Source: Heteronotia binoei (taxonomy: Eukaryota). From it: a stretch of 64,000 bases of DNA. Location: NCBI RefSeq assembly GCF_032191835.1, contig NC_083234.1:1736001-1800000 (forward strand). Reading direction: 5' to 3'. How positions within the stretch are numbered: the first letter of the stretch is position 1; every line of letters starts with the position of its first letter. The notes below the pieces were generated by a model that saw nothing but the letters and a program-made list of their open reading frames with translations, was not told the DNA's origin and ran no database searches. The position numbers and the translations under genes were made by a program. Shown piece by piece: positions 1 to 11,900 of the stretch.

Positions 1-537
1 TATGTGACACAGAGTGTTGGACTGGAGGGGCCATTGGCCTGATCCAACATGGCTTCTCTTATGTTCTTATGTGACTCAGAGTGTTGGACTGGATGGGCCA
101 TCGGCCTGATCCAACATGGCTTCTCTTATGGTCTTATGTGACACAGAGTGTTGGACTGGAGGGGCCATTGGCCTGATCCAACATGGCTTCTCTTATGTTC
201 TTATGTGACACAGAGTGTTGGACTGGAGGGGCCATCGGCCTGATCCAACATGGATTCTCTTATGTTCTTATGTGACTCAGAGTGTTGGACTGGATGGGCC
301 ATCGGCCTGATCCAACATGGCTTCTCTTATGTTCTTATGTGACACAGAGTGTTGGACTGGGTGGGCCACTGGCCTGATCCAACATGGCTTCTCTTATGTT
401 CTTATGTGACACAGAGTGTTGGACTGGGTGGGCCACTGGCCTGATCCAACATGGCTTCTCTTATGTTCTTATGTGACACAGACTGTCGGACTGGATGGGC
501 TACTGGCCTGATCCAACATGGCTTCTCTTATGTTCTT
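1..537 (+). repeat. Tandem array, 8 x 67 bp, unit = CR1 3'-terminal segment (cut off by the window start)
   Basis: Units start at 1, 68, 135, 202, 269, 336, 403 and 470. The unit matches the reverse complement of 17710-17775 and the CR1 end at 26155-26210. Confidence 0.95.
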
Positions 538-672
538 AATGGCTATGTAATGAATCAGACCACTGATCTATCCAGGCTGATATTGTCTACTCGGACTGGC
601 AGCTGCTCTCTGCGCCATCATGGGGCTCTTCATGGTGGGGTACACTGACATAAAAACAATGAATGAAGGCAA

Positions 673-850
673 GGGGAGGGACAGTGGCTCAGTGGCAGAG
701 CATCTGCTTGGTAAGCAGAAGGTCCCAGGTTCAATCCCCAGCATCTCCAACTCAAAAGGGTCCAGGCAAGTAGGCGTGAAAAACCTCAGCTGACTTTGAG
801 GGACCCAGGGGGTCCAGTAAAAGGCAGCTTCATATGTTCATATATGTTCA
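673..850 (+). mobile_element. tRNA-derived SINE (internally deleted), with an inverted fragment of probably the same family at about 545-612
   Basis: A box TGGCTCAGTGG and B box GGTTCAATCC in a tRNA-like head, a non-tRNA body, and a (CATATGTT)-like tail. Confidence 0.8.
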
Positions 851-1921
851 AACCCTCTGCCTGCCTATGTCTGGAGAGAGAAGGCCACAGACCGCTGCAA
901 TTGCACATAATGGCTTCTTTCTGTCCCCCCTCCCCAAGTTCATTTATAACTGAGCATTTGTTTTCATGCCAGACCTTTTCCAAAGACCTCTTCCCTTCCC
1001 CCAAAAGGCAAGAGTTTTTTCCACTGGATCTTCCATAGCGGTTTGGGAAGGAGGTGGGAGTGGGGCTACCCACCTACCCACCCTGAGCTGACTTGAACTA
1101 CATCGTGACCTGAGCCAAACAAGGGTCCAGAATGAGTGGGGAAGAGCTGGGGGGAGGAGAACACAACACAAAGCAGTCACAGCTGCCTGCAGTCTGGCAT
1201 CTGAGCATGCATGGAGCGCAGCTGGTTGTGTGCACACCCCCTCTCTCCGGTCTAATGCTGCCTGTCATCTGTCCGGGCTCCCTGGCTACGCTGTGCCTTT
1301 GTCGTAGTCCTGCTGCTGCCCACACAACCGGTTCTAGCGCAGCCTGGATTCAAAGCGCTGCAATGCTGGGGAACAGGCTCGGTTAGCACCAGCTGGTGGT
1401 TTCTCTGCGTGGGTTGCGGGGCAGGAATCTCACCGCAGAAAAGAGCTGCCTCCACCGGATGCCTTCCCCCCTTGCCGGTCCAGCCTCCCTGGAATTCGCC
1501 AGAGCTTTGATGCTGAGACTTGGGGATGGGACCCCGCCCCCCCCATCCTCACAGCCCACCTTGAGACTTTGGGAGAGGAAGAAGGCAGGGCCATCCTTGG
1601 CTATGGGGGAACAAGCTGCAATTCTGCTCTGTCCCTGAACGGAAGGGTTTTAAGCAGAGGTTAGGCGGCCACCTGGCAGCACTGCTGATCCTGTGATTGA
1701 GGCAGGTCATGAGCAGGAGGGCGGGAAGGGCTGCAGCAGTGCTGAGTTCTTCTGGCTCTTCCTTATTACACACCCAGGGAAATGCTGGGGGCCACTTTGG
1801 GGTCAGGCCGCCATTTTTCTCCAGACCAGTTTGGCCCCAGGGATCCTGGAGGGTTCCTTGCCGTCTTTTGGGTATGGAGCCTGCAGGGGTCACTGGGGTG
1901 TGTGGGGAGGAAGATACTTAT

Positions 1922-1990
1922 GAGTTCCCTGCATTGTAGAGGGGGCTGGACTAGATGACCCTGGAGGTCCCTTCCGACTCTAGGATTCTA
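1922..1990 (+). mobile_element. CR1 3'-end fragment
   Basis: ggactagatgaccctggaggtcccttcc..attcta. The same motif recurs near 14930, 17490, 21250, 21440, 27230(-), 33010, 54090(-) and 59990. Confidence 0.85.
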
Positions 1991-2887
1991 AAGCATGCTC
2001 CATTTCTGTCCTCAGCTGACCTCAGCTGTCCCAGGTGACCCCTGTGGCCCCCTCCCTCTTCTGCTGGGGGAGGGGCCTTGGACAGCCTCCCAAAGAGGGC
2101 CCCTCCCCTCCACTGACCAGAGGATCTGGGGCAGGAAATGAGTGGGAGGGAAGAGCTGCCTCCTGGGTGGCTTGTGGTGGGCAGGAATCTGACCAGCCCC
2201 GCCCAGGCTCGGATGGCACGAGTGGAAGGGGCCGTGGGGGAGAGCAGTTTTGGTCTCTGGTGGCAGTGCCTGCTGTGGAGGTCCATGGTGGGCACAGCTG
2301 GAAGAACCCCAGAGCAGCAGACCCTGTCTGGAAGGAGGCCAAGAGAGTCGTGCTGGAAGCTTCCAGGATGTGCCTTCGCCGCCCCCCCCCCACACACACA
2401 CACTGATGGCCTGAGTGGCTCCAAGGCCCCACCTTGCCCCTCTCCAGGACTCCACCCCCAGCCTGGGGCTTCCTGTCTCCAGCAAAAGCAGGGAGGCCTT
2501 TGGGCTGCGTGTCAGGCCAAGGGAGAACACCCCCCCACCCCCGCTCAAAGAGACAGCAGGCGGGACGCTTGTCTCCTAGTGGTCTGTTGGTTAGCTCTGG
2601 CCCTAGAGTGGTCTGGCTACCCTCCACTAGGCACAGGGCCTTTTCAGCCCTGGCCCCAACATGGTGGAACTCTTTGGCAGAGGAGACCCAAGTCTCCAGG
2701 ACGTGGCTCAGTTCTGTGGGGCTTGTTCAAGTGAGGACTAAAGAAATCAGTGAATCTCCCTCTTTTGGTTTTTGTGTTTCCCCTTCTTTTCCTCTCTTCC
2801 ATTTTCTTATATTTTATTCCCTTCTCGTGCTGGTGCTTTGTTTATTCTTTTCCTAACCTCATCTTGTTTCTCTTTTTCTTTTTCCCT

Positions 2888-3130
2888 GAGAGCCATTTTG
2901 GTGTGGTGGTTAAGAGCGGCAGACTGTAATCTGGAGAGCCAGATTTGATCCCCCCCCCTTCTCCTCCCCCTCCACATGCAGCCAGCTGGGTGACCTTGGG
3001 TCAGTCACAATTCTCTCAGAGCTCTCTCAACCCCACCTGCTTCTCAGAGTGTCTCTTGCGGGGAGACGGAGGGGAGTTTATTCTAGGCAGCCGCTGGGTG
3101 ACTCCTTCGGGTAGTGAAGGAGGGGCACAA
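2888..3130 (+). mobile_element. Degenerate MIR/Ther1-type tRNA-SINE (Squam3-like)
   Basis: gagagccattttggtgtggtggttaag head and gtgaccttgggtcagtcac core, similar to the copy at 43444. Confidence 0.75.
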
Positions 3131-3449
3131 AACCGTCTCCTCCCCCCCGCCCCGGTTGTTTCTCTCCACCTGCCTGCTCGGGACAGAGAGACTGCTGGGG
3201 GCCTCGGCTGCTTGTTTAGCTGATTTTATTCTCACGCTGCTTTTACTGAATATCGCTGTTGGAAGTCCCCCTGAGCACTGCTGGGCGGCTAAAGGAGCGG
3301 GATATTTTAGTCTAAGGGCTCCGCTCGGCCCCTTTCCCCCCTCCAGCCCCTGAGGGGTGTGTGAGCGAACGGCACTCTGCACATGCTCGGAAGCTGCAGG
3401 AGGACTGAATGAAGAGGTCAGCTGCTCCGTCGGGGCCCCCTTGGGGAGG

Positions 3450-4200
3450 AAATCTTTATACGAATGACTGATCCGAGCCAGCGGACCCCCCGCTGCCGCT
3501 GCCCCTCCTCCGGAGCCCCTCGCACACCTCACGGCCCCGGCCCGGCCCGGCCCGCCTCCTTGTCCTGCGGGGCCTTCTGCCCGGCGGCGCCAAGCCGGGC
3601 TCCGAGCGACCCCTGGCGGCAGCCTTAGGAGCTGCCTGGAAAGAGCCCCGCGCCGCCCAAGCCCAGCGGGACCTCCCGGCCCCTGCGATTCAGCCCGGCC
3701 GCCGCAGCCTCCTCCTCCTCCTCCGGACCGGCCTGGCCTCCGAGTGGCTGCGGGGGCTCGGCTGGAGGAGGCCGACGAGCCCGGCTGCCGCCGGGGAAGC
3801 AGAAGGGGAAAGTTCCGCGAGAGCAGCAGCAGGCAGCGGGGGGCAGGGGGGCGGCCCAGGTGTGTCAGGGAGTCCCAGTGCCGCGGGGGGGGGCGGGGGG
3901 AGACGAACATCCCCAACCCCGCGCAGCCTGGCCTGGCCCGAGGGGGCGGGGGAGCAGGGCGGCGCAGGCGCAACCTCCTCCTCGCAAGCAGCACCGGCCA
4001 GACTGAAACGGGCTCGGCCGCTTCCTGAAGCCTCCCCCCCCCCCCCCGCGTGATATCGGCTTTGTGGCCCTCCATTCTCCTGCGCAGGGGGGGGCGCCCC
4101 TCTCAGGGCGCGGAGACTTCCCAGTTTGGGGGGTGGGGGGCTAGAGGCGCTGCTATGGGCCCGGGGACATGGGGGGCCCTATCGCCACTATCTATGGAGG
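3450..4200. promoter_or_regulatory. CpG island not assigned to any gene in the window
   Basis: Dense CpG and GC boxes. Minus-strand donor-like GTGAGG near 3530. Confidence 0.6.
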
Positions 4201-7200
4201 TGAGACCTTGGGGCTCCCCAGAAGAACCCCGAACAATGCCCCTGGGCTGGGTCATACCGAGGGAAAGGTGGGAACCGGATCCTCAGCGATCCCTTGCTAT
4301 GTCCTGTTTTGGACACTCTCTTGACCGCCGTCACATTAAGATCTGCAAGTGTTCATACCATGTGCACAGGACAAACTAATGGCCACAGCTCTGACATGAA
4401 GAAAAGCAACGCAGAAAAGCCTGCAGGGGAACATGTTTAAAGATTTCCTGTATGTCGGTTTACAGGAGTCTTGTTTCTGCCTTACTCATAAGGATGGCTT
4501 TGGACTGAAATGGACTGAATTATGGCATCCCAGACACATTCATTTGGGCAAATGCTGGGCTGAAGTCTCCGAGCCAGAGCAAATACACTGCACTTGCTGG
4601 GCACTCAACTTCTGAGCAATGCACAGAGTCTGCAGTCGTAGGGACCTTATCGCTTCAAACTCATCTCCTGTAAGTGAGTGCAAGCATATTTTGAGGCAAT
4701 TCAGAACAGCGCCCCTAAGGAAAATGACAGTTACGCCACCTAGGATTTTAAATACCTTGCTTTCTTAGCATACTGCTTTAAAACTCCACCTTAAAAGCAT
4801 AATTTAATTGATCCCGCGGATGTCCTTTGAAGCCATTGCTTCTTCCAGCACCCTGCTACCTCCGTGCTGAAGTGATGTGGAATGCCTGACGGAAAATATA
4901 CGTGACATTCAGAGGTATGGAGTGGCAATAATTGGAGTTGAGGCTTAAGCTTATCAAAAGAAATAAAGTTTACTAGAAAACATCAGGATAGAGTACTTGG
5001 GATATAAAAGAAATAGAACTCAGCTTACCAGCTAGTCTAACTATGTCTGTCCTTTCCATGGCTACATTATACAGCAACAACTCTTGTTCCCAGAAAACAG
5101 TTGCAAACAGGAAGGCAGGCTATACAGCTTGCATATAAGATCAAAGCATTTCACACCTAACATCCTTTCTGACCAATGTTGTGTTTCTATGCTTCCCGGG
5201 CTTAGAAGACTGGTTTTCAACTGGGTTTAGGTAACAATACATCATTTCCTCTTTCAGGTAAACAGTTAACTCTATAATTTCTGAAATGTACATAGCTTAT
5301 TTTTTTATGGGTTTTTGTATGTGCATAGCTTGTATTCCAGCAATGCCTCTAACCCTGTGTCGTTTTCATGCCCTGTTGTCATTGATGTGGACCATAGTCT
5401 TCTGGTCCAATCTGAAAATTCTGTAATTATTATACTGTTTTGTTTGGAGGTGATTTATTGAATGTAGTTGTATGGTGTTAATGTTGTAAGCTGCCCTGAG
5501 CCCACTGGCAGGATAGGGCAGGGTATAAATCAAAATTAAATTAAAAATTAACTACTTAAGTTTATGGGAAATGGCTGCATTCCTCTCCATAGTTGATTTC
5601 TGCAGTTTAAGTTCAACCCGTAAAATACATTTGGTTGCAACAAATGATCTTCAGACAGCTGAAATGCAACTTTAACTTTCAATTAACAATGCAGACTGTT
5701 CTTGTGTTGACATTTTTAATACAATACAATCAAATATTCTCCCATTCTCCTGTTACCCCTTCTCCTGCTCCCCCAAGCACCCTCTCCAGTCATATCCCAC
5801 CTTCCCAATTTCCCTTCACCTCCTCCCCCCAATAGTTGGCACCTTTTGGCATGATCAGTGGCAAACCTTATACAACCTCTTGGTTAAGATACAACAATTC
5901 AGAAACCCCTGGACTTCAGTTACACTGATGCAGATTTCCGCCTTGTTCTCCACTGACTGTATCAATCACATCACAAAGACTGCCCTGCAATCTCCAGCGA
6001 AGCTGTAGTCGGCCAGCACCCCAGTCAGTATGGTGAAAGTTGAGAAGGTACATACTGTCATCCTCTCCTATGGCAAACTTTTCCATTTTGCTCATGTGTT
6101 GGGACACATCTGAGGAAAACCAATTGTGTAAACTGCTGTAGATATTATCAGTGATTTCATAAAATAGTTTCCTGTAGAAATCCTCAGGAACTGGTGAGGA
6201 TCCCACCCAGCAGCAGCAGCATCAGGGCCTGCAGGCTTCCTGCCCCTCGGAATAGTCAGGTTCTCTAAATCCACAACTTTTGCGGTCATGACTGTCGGTG
6301 GCCAGAGCTGTTCAAAGTTGTTCTGCAGTTGCTTTGCAGAAGCAGAAAGAAGTTCTGCTTGGTGGAACTACAGACCACTTTGTTGAAGAGCTGTGTTTCA
6401 TGTGTCTGTGAAAGAATGCCTTCTCCCCCCCCCCCAACTCTGAGTTTCAAAAGTGTGTTCTTTGCCTAGTTCAGTTGCCAGCCACAGTTATGCAAAGACG
6501 GGGCTTGCAGAGGAACTGAGGAGGAATTTGGTGTTAGGAATCTCCAGGCAACTCCTGGTGATTTCCCAGAATGCCTTCCAGGAAGGCTCCCAGAATACTC
6601 CTGGGTGATCCCAGGATGCCATTGAGACGTGGGGGAGGGGGCAGGTAACAAGGGGTGGACAGTGATGTAAAAGGGGTGGAGTCATGGAATGAATAAAAAT
6701 GCTTGCTCAGAAGAGCTGGGTCTTGGAAGAGGGCAGACAACCCAGCAGCCATATTTGACCATGTGGCTGGGCCTGGCTGGATGCAGGAAGCCTGAAGCAA
6801 TGATGTATCCTTAAAATACTTTAAACTTACTAAGCACAGATGTGCCTGATCTGCTTAAACATCTGGTAGGGAAAGTTATAAACCAAGGACAGAAGGATGC
6901 ACTTAAACCTAACTGCTATTTGGTTCTGATTGCTGATCATGTGCTGTGCTAAAATGATGCTTGTAACCTTTTCCTCCTTTTAATAAACCTTCGACTATTT
7001 TGAATGCTGGCAGTAAAGCTCTGTGCCACATAGTTCCCCCAGCCGCCTTCGACCACACAACTGCAAGAGGGGAGTCCCAGAAAGGGGGGAGGCATGCAGT
7101 TGGCAGTGGTGCCGATCCTCCAGGGGTCCTCTGAAGAGGGACTTTGGTCTCTGTGGCATCCAGGTGCTGGATAGCAGAGGACCCTGAGGTCAGGCCTCAG

Positions 7201-7994
7201 AACTGGGAAGGGGGATGGAGAGTTCTGTTCCTCTCAGCCCAGACCCCTAACTTGAGCAGGTGGTGGCAGCACCCTAATGGCAGGAAGCAGAATAGCATCC
7301 TCCAAGAAGAGGCACAAGCCAAACAGGACCGGGTCTGAAAGTCAAATCGGGCCAATTCCGTCACAGCGTCCAAACGGCTGAACACAAGCAGCAAGACCTG
7401 AAGCATGACATAAGCAAACCTCCACCAGCTGTGTGCATTGCCCGCTCCCCGCTTTTGCCCCAGGATCTCCTCTCTCCTTAGAAGGGACATTCTCAGAGAA
7501 GCAGCCCCCCCCCCAACCCTGGAAAAAATAACTTTTCTCAATCGAGGCTATAGAGACTCATCCCTGCCCATCAACAATAGTAAGGAAGCAAGCGAAGCTG
7601 TTTCAACAAGAAAAGGAAGGGCTCCCCTCCCCCCTCCCTCAGTGCTCCATTTCTAAAATACAATTTAATGACAACGTGACTGAAAAGTGAAATGAAACAG
7701 AGACTCATTTTCCCCCAAAATGTAAATGGAAGCTCAGCAAGTCTGTTGGGTGCAAGAGAGAGAGGCAGTGCAGCAGCCGGAAGTGGGTGGAGCCAGCCAG
7801 GGCTGAGAGAGGGGCAGCTGCTGGGGTGGGCTCCGGAGGCAGCCCTTGTGGATCGAAAGCTTTAGCTGTTACGAGAAGAACGGGGGGGGGGGGGGGGGGA
7901 ATAAGACTGTATCAAAATTATAATTGCATCAAAAGGAGGAGTAATACAATAAAATATAAAGATAAATATAAAATATTAAAGCGAGAAGTTTTGG

Positions 7995-8220
7995 CTAAAT
8001 ATTAGGAAGGACTTCTGGACAGTTCTGGCAATTCCTCCTTGGGCGGTGGTGGGCTCTCCTTCCGTGGAGGTTTCTGAGCAGAGGCGAGGTGGCCACCTGG
8101 CAGCAGGGCTGATTCTAGGAACTCAGGCAGCTCGGGAGAGGGAGAGCGGGAAGGGCTGCATCAGTGCCTAGTTCTCACGGCCTAGGGAAATACGGATTGC
8201 CACTATGGGGTCAGGAAGCT
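7995..8220 (+). mobile_element. Degenerate CR1 3' UTR fragment
   Basis: attaggaagga..ggtggtgggctctccttcc..ggaggttt..gcagagg..ggccacctg, as in other CR1 ends here. Confidence 0.7.
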
Positions 8221-8599
8221 CTCCATCTCCCGCTTCTTTTTTGACCCATTACCCCATTCATGTCTCCGAAGAGCATTATCTCCCCTTCTGGGAAATCTAA
8301 AACGGACAGGAAAACATGTGTGTCTTTTTTTCTCTTGCAGTGTTTGGGGCGAGTGTGCAAATCTTCCTGCCTTTCAAACTCATTCAGAATCTCTTCCTTC
8401 TTCTGTAACATTTATTTATAAATTGTTTACATAAACGATGATTCCTTTTTTAAATTATAAATTCTCAATGAGCACACAAATACATACCGGCAAAGCCCCA
8501 AAGAACCATGGAAACTGGGGGGGGGGGGGGGCAGTGCTGGGCCTCAGCAGCCCTCTGTGCTGACCCAGGCCCGCAGGTGAGATGGGGTCGGGCTCTGCC

Positions 8600-11500
8600 A
8601 GGTCTCAACGCCACCAATTTGTGCTCATGTGAGTGTGCTTAGGTTTTATGCAAGTCCGAGACAAGAAAGAACCCATCCTGCCAGAAAGCTCACCTTCTCC
8701 GCCCGCCCCCCCCCCCCCGCTGCTGCTTCAAGGCACGAGGCCTCTTGCGAGGCTGCCCACCCCCCATCCCCCCCCCGCCCGAGAGCCCATTGCTACAAGC
8801 AGGAGTTCCTTCCACCAGTGCCATTCACGTCCTTCCCTTCCCCCCCCCCCCGTGCACCCACTTCACAAGGGAGGGTCACAGGCAAGCCCCAGAGACAGCG
8901 CTTCCTCCACATGGCCTGGCGCGGGGGGAGCAGTACTCAGCACTTAAGAAGAGGAGGGGCGAACAAGAGCGCTTCACGCCACCGCCACCCGGCAGGCCTC
9001 CTGGCATGGTCCACATGGCAGCCGCCCTCCATGGGCAGCCTCCTGGGGTCAGCCAGGCCCTGTTGCTCCCCCATAAGGTCTGCCCAGGAGGGGGCCGGGG
9101 GCGGGGCTGAGGCTGTCTGGGGGGAGGGGCACGAGGCTGTCTCGGCTGGCCCCGAGGGAAGAGCCAGTCTCGAGGCAGCGCGGGGGGGGGGGGGCGGGGA
9201 GGCCCCGGGCTGGCGGCACCAGCGATTCCCGGAGTCTCGAGAGGCAGCATCACCCAGACTCCCTGCAGGAAGAAATCCAGGGGCTCCGCATTCCGGGGGC
9301 CGCTTCAGCCGGGTCTGTGGCCGCGAGGGGGGAGGGGGGAAGCCCCGCCCCTGCAGGGAAAAACTTAAAACGTTGAAAAAGGGCCGGTGTGCTTGTGGGG
9401 GTTTCCCAGCTGACCCCGGGCGGGGCAAGCACCGCCAGGGGAGCTCAGCCTCCTGAAGTCGAGGGGATTTTAACACGCCCAAGGAAAGAGAAAGGCCAAA
9501 TGCAAAAGCTAGAGAGAAAGAGAAAGAGAGCGGGAGATCCCCACCCCCGCGAAGGCCAGCCCTCCTCTTCCTCTCTCGCCCGGCGGGCAGCTGCCTGCCC
9601 CTCCCCCTCCCCGACCCCCCCCCCCGCCTCCTGAGGAGGGGGCATTCCTGCAGAGAGCGCCCCCCGGGTCAGGCGGAGGGGGCTCCTTTCCGAAGAGGGC
9701 TCTGGGAGGGCTCTCTGCGGGGGGGGGAACCCAGGCTGGCGGGCAGGACTGCGAGGGGGGCCACTTGGGGCAGGGGGGGCTGCGTTGCAGGGGGCGGAGG
9801 CCGGGGCTGAGGAGGGGGCTGCTGCTGGGGCAGAAGGGGGAGGGGCTGGCCTGCTGTGCCTGCCTCCCTCCCTCCCCCCTGGGGCCTCCTGAGCCCCGGC
9901 CGGGCAGGGGGGCGGCGAGGGCCACAGCTGGGGGCGGGGAGGGTCGTCCTGCTGCTGCTATCCCCCCAAGGCCCCCCCCCGCCGCCGCCGCTCTTCCAGA
10001 GGCTTCAGAAACTTTGGCCTTTTGGCCCTTGGGGTGCTACCCGCCGGGAGGGAGGAGGGAAATTCCCGTCTTGCTTCCCTCGTGGCCCTGGAAATCCGCC
10101 TCCCCACCCCCGGATAGCGAAACCTCCTCCGCGGGTGGAGGAGAGATGAAGTCAGAAACCTTCCCGGTTCCGCTTTCGGCCTCCGCCCCCCCCCCGGAGG
10201 AACGGCCAGCAAGGGTCACTTCCTCCTCCTCGTGAGAAAGCCCCGGCCCGCCCGAGCAGCCTGCAGCAGGCCCTAGAGTCTCACCGCGGGGGGGGGGATG
10301 CTGACGGGGAAGAAGGTGCCCCCTCCCCACTCCACTCCGGCTTCATCCGCCCCCCCCCCCGCCTTCCGGGGCTGCCGCAGGCCGACGGTCCCCCCCCCCC
10401 GCCCCCCTCCTGTCTTTCATTTCGAGGGACCCAGAACACGATGCCCTCCCGGCGGCGCCGGAGCCCCCCCCCCGCTCTGCTCCCCGCCGCTGCGCCTCCT
10501 CCAGGCCTGCCCGTTGCCCTGATCCTGCGCCGCCCCCTCGAGCAAGGAAGGAGCCCTTGCTGGGCCCTGAAAGAGGACTCCGGGGGTGGGGAAGGGGGAA
10601 GGTCCTTCTCCTCCTCCTCCCACAGCTCCAGGCCGCTTCAGCATCGGGGAGGGAGAAGGCCCCCCAGCCGCCTTCGGCGGACGCCTGTTCCGGGAGGAGG
10701 GCGCTACTGGTGGGGGCGATACTGTCCAGCCGGCCCGTCTTCCCGACTCCCCACCAGAAGGCAGCGGCTGTGCCCCCCCCCCCCCAGCAGCGGAGAGACC
10801 CCCGGGATGGCCGGCCAGCCGCGCCCCTGCTGCGCCCCAGAGGAGGGAGGGAAGGAAGGAAGGAAGGGGCCGCCTGCCCCGCCTGGAGGGCTTCCCCCCA
10901 CTTCTCCTCCGCCTCCTCCGGCGGGAGAGTCCCACGCAGGGGGCGCCGGCGGGGAATGCCCGGGCAGGCAGGCAGGCGGGAAGCGGCCCAAGTCATCCAG
11001 CCGCCGCCCGGCGCCCCTCTCCAGTGACTCCCCGGAGGCCGCCGAGACACCCCCAGCGGCTGCGCTGAGCCCGAGATGCGCCCGCCCGCCGCGCCGCTCC
11101 TCCTGCTGCTGCTGCTCGGGCTGCTGCTCTTGAGCCGCTGTGGCTCCCTGGGAGCCCGAGCCTCCGCCGCCGCCCACCGCCCCGCGCCGCCGCCCGCCGC
11201 CCCCCAGCACCTGCGCTTCCGAGCCCGCGCCTTCCAGCACCTGCTCCTCTGGGCCCCCGCCCGCCCCGCCTCGCCGCCCCGCCGCCCCCTCCTCTACGAA
11301 GTGCAGTGCAAGCGGTAGGTCTCCCCCCCACCCCCAGGAGGGGCGCGCCCGCCAGCCCCGCGGCCCTGACTCCTCCTCCCTCCCGCAGGTACGGCCACCC
11401 CAGCTGGACGCCGGTGCCCCGCTGCGCCGCCATCGCCCGCTGCTCCTGCGACCTCACCGCCCAGACCCCGCCCCAGCGGCCCTCCCGACGCTATTACGCC

Positions 11501-11900
11501 CGAGTCCGCGCCCTGGACCTGGACCGCCGCCGCGCTTCCCCCTGGACCGTCTCTGCTCCCTTCTCCCCCAACGAAGGTAGCCGCCGCCCCTTCCCGCGGG
11601 GCTGGGGGGGATGGAGAGCATGGACGGCTCTGCCCCGAAGGCTGCCTGGCCAGTCCACCCCCCCCCAGGCCGGAAGGGCCGCTCGCTGAGCTGGAAGGAA
11701 GGCCGGCTCTGCCCCCACCCCACTGCCCCGGCAACAAGGCGGCTGCGCTGCGGGCATTCCCCCGGGGGAGCGCTGCAGAGGGGCCAGCCCCCTGGGCCGG
11801 ATCCTTCCTGCAGGGAAGCCACAGTCGGGGGGGGGGGGGGTCTAAAGCAAGGCCGCAGCTTCCCCTGCAACCCTGGCCCCGATCCGCCGCAGCCGGCCTG
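8600..11900. promoter_or_regulatory. CpG island covering the IL10RA promoter and first two coding exons; NF-kB-consensus site GGGAAATTCCC at 10057-10067
   Basis: Very high GC and CpG density, many GC boxes, no TATA seen. Confidence 0.75.

Noticed and set aside
1-537. CRISPR-like regular repeat array
   Set aside because: There are no unique spacers, the units are contiguous, the unit equals a CR1 3' end, and the context is eukaryotic.
673-760. tRNA gene
   Set aside because: A and B boxes are present, but the sequence runs into a SINE body and tail and I could not form a clean acceptor stem.
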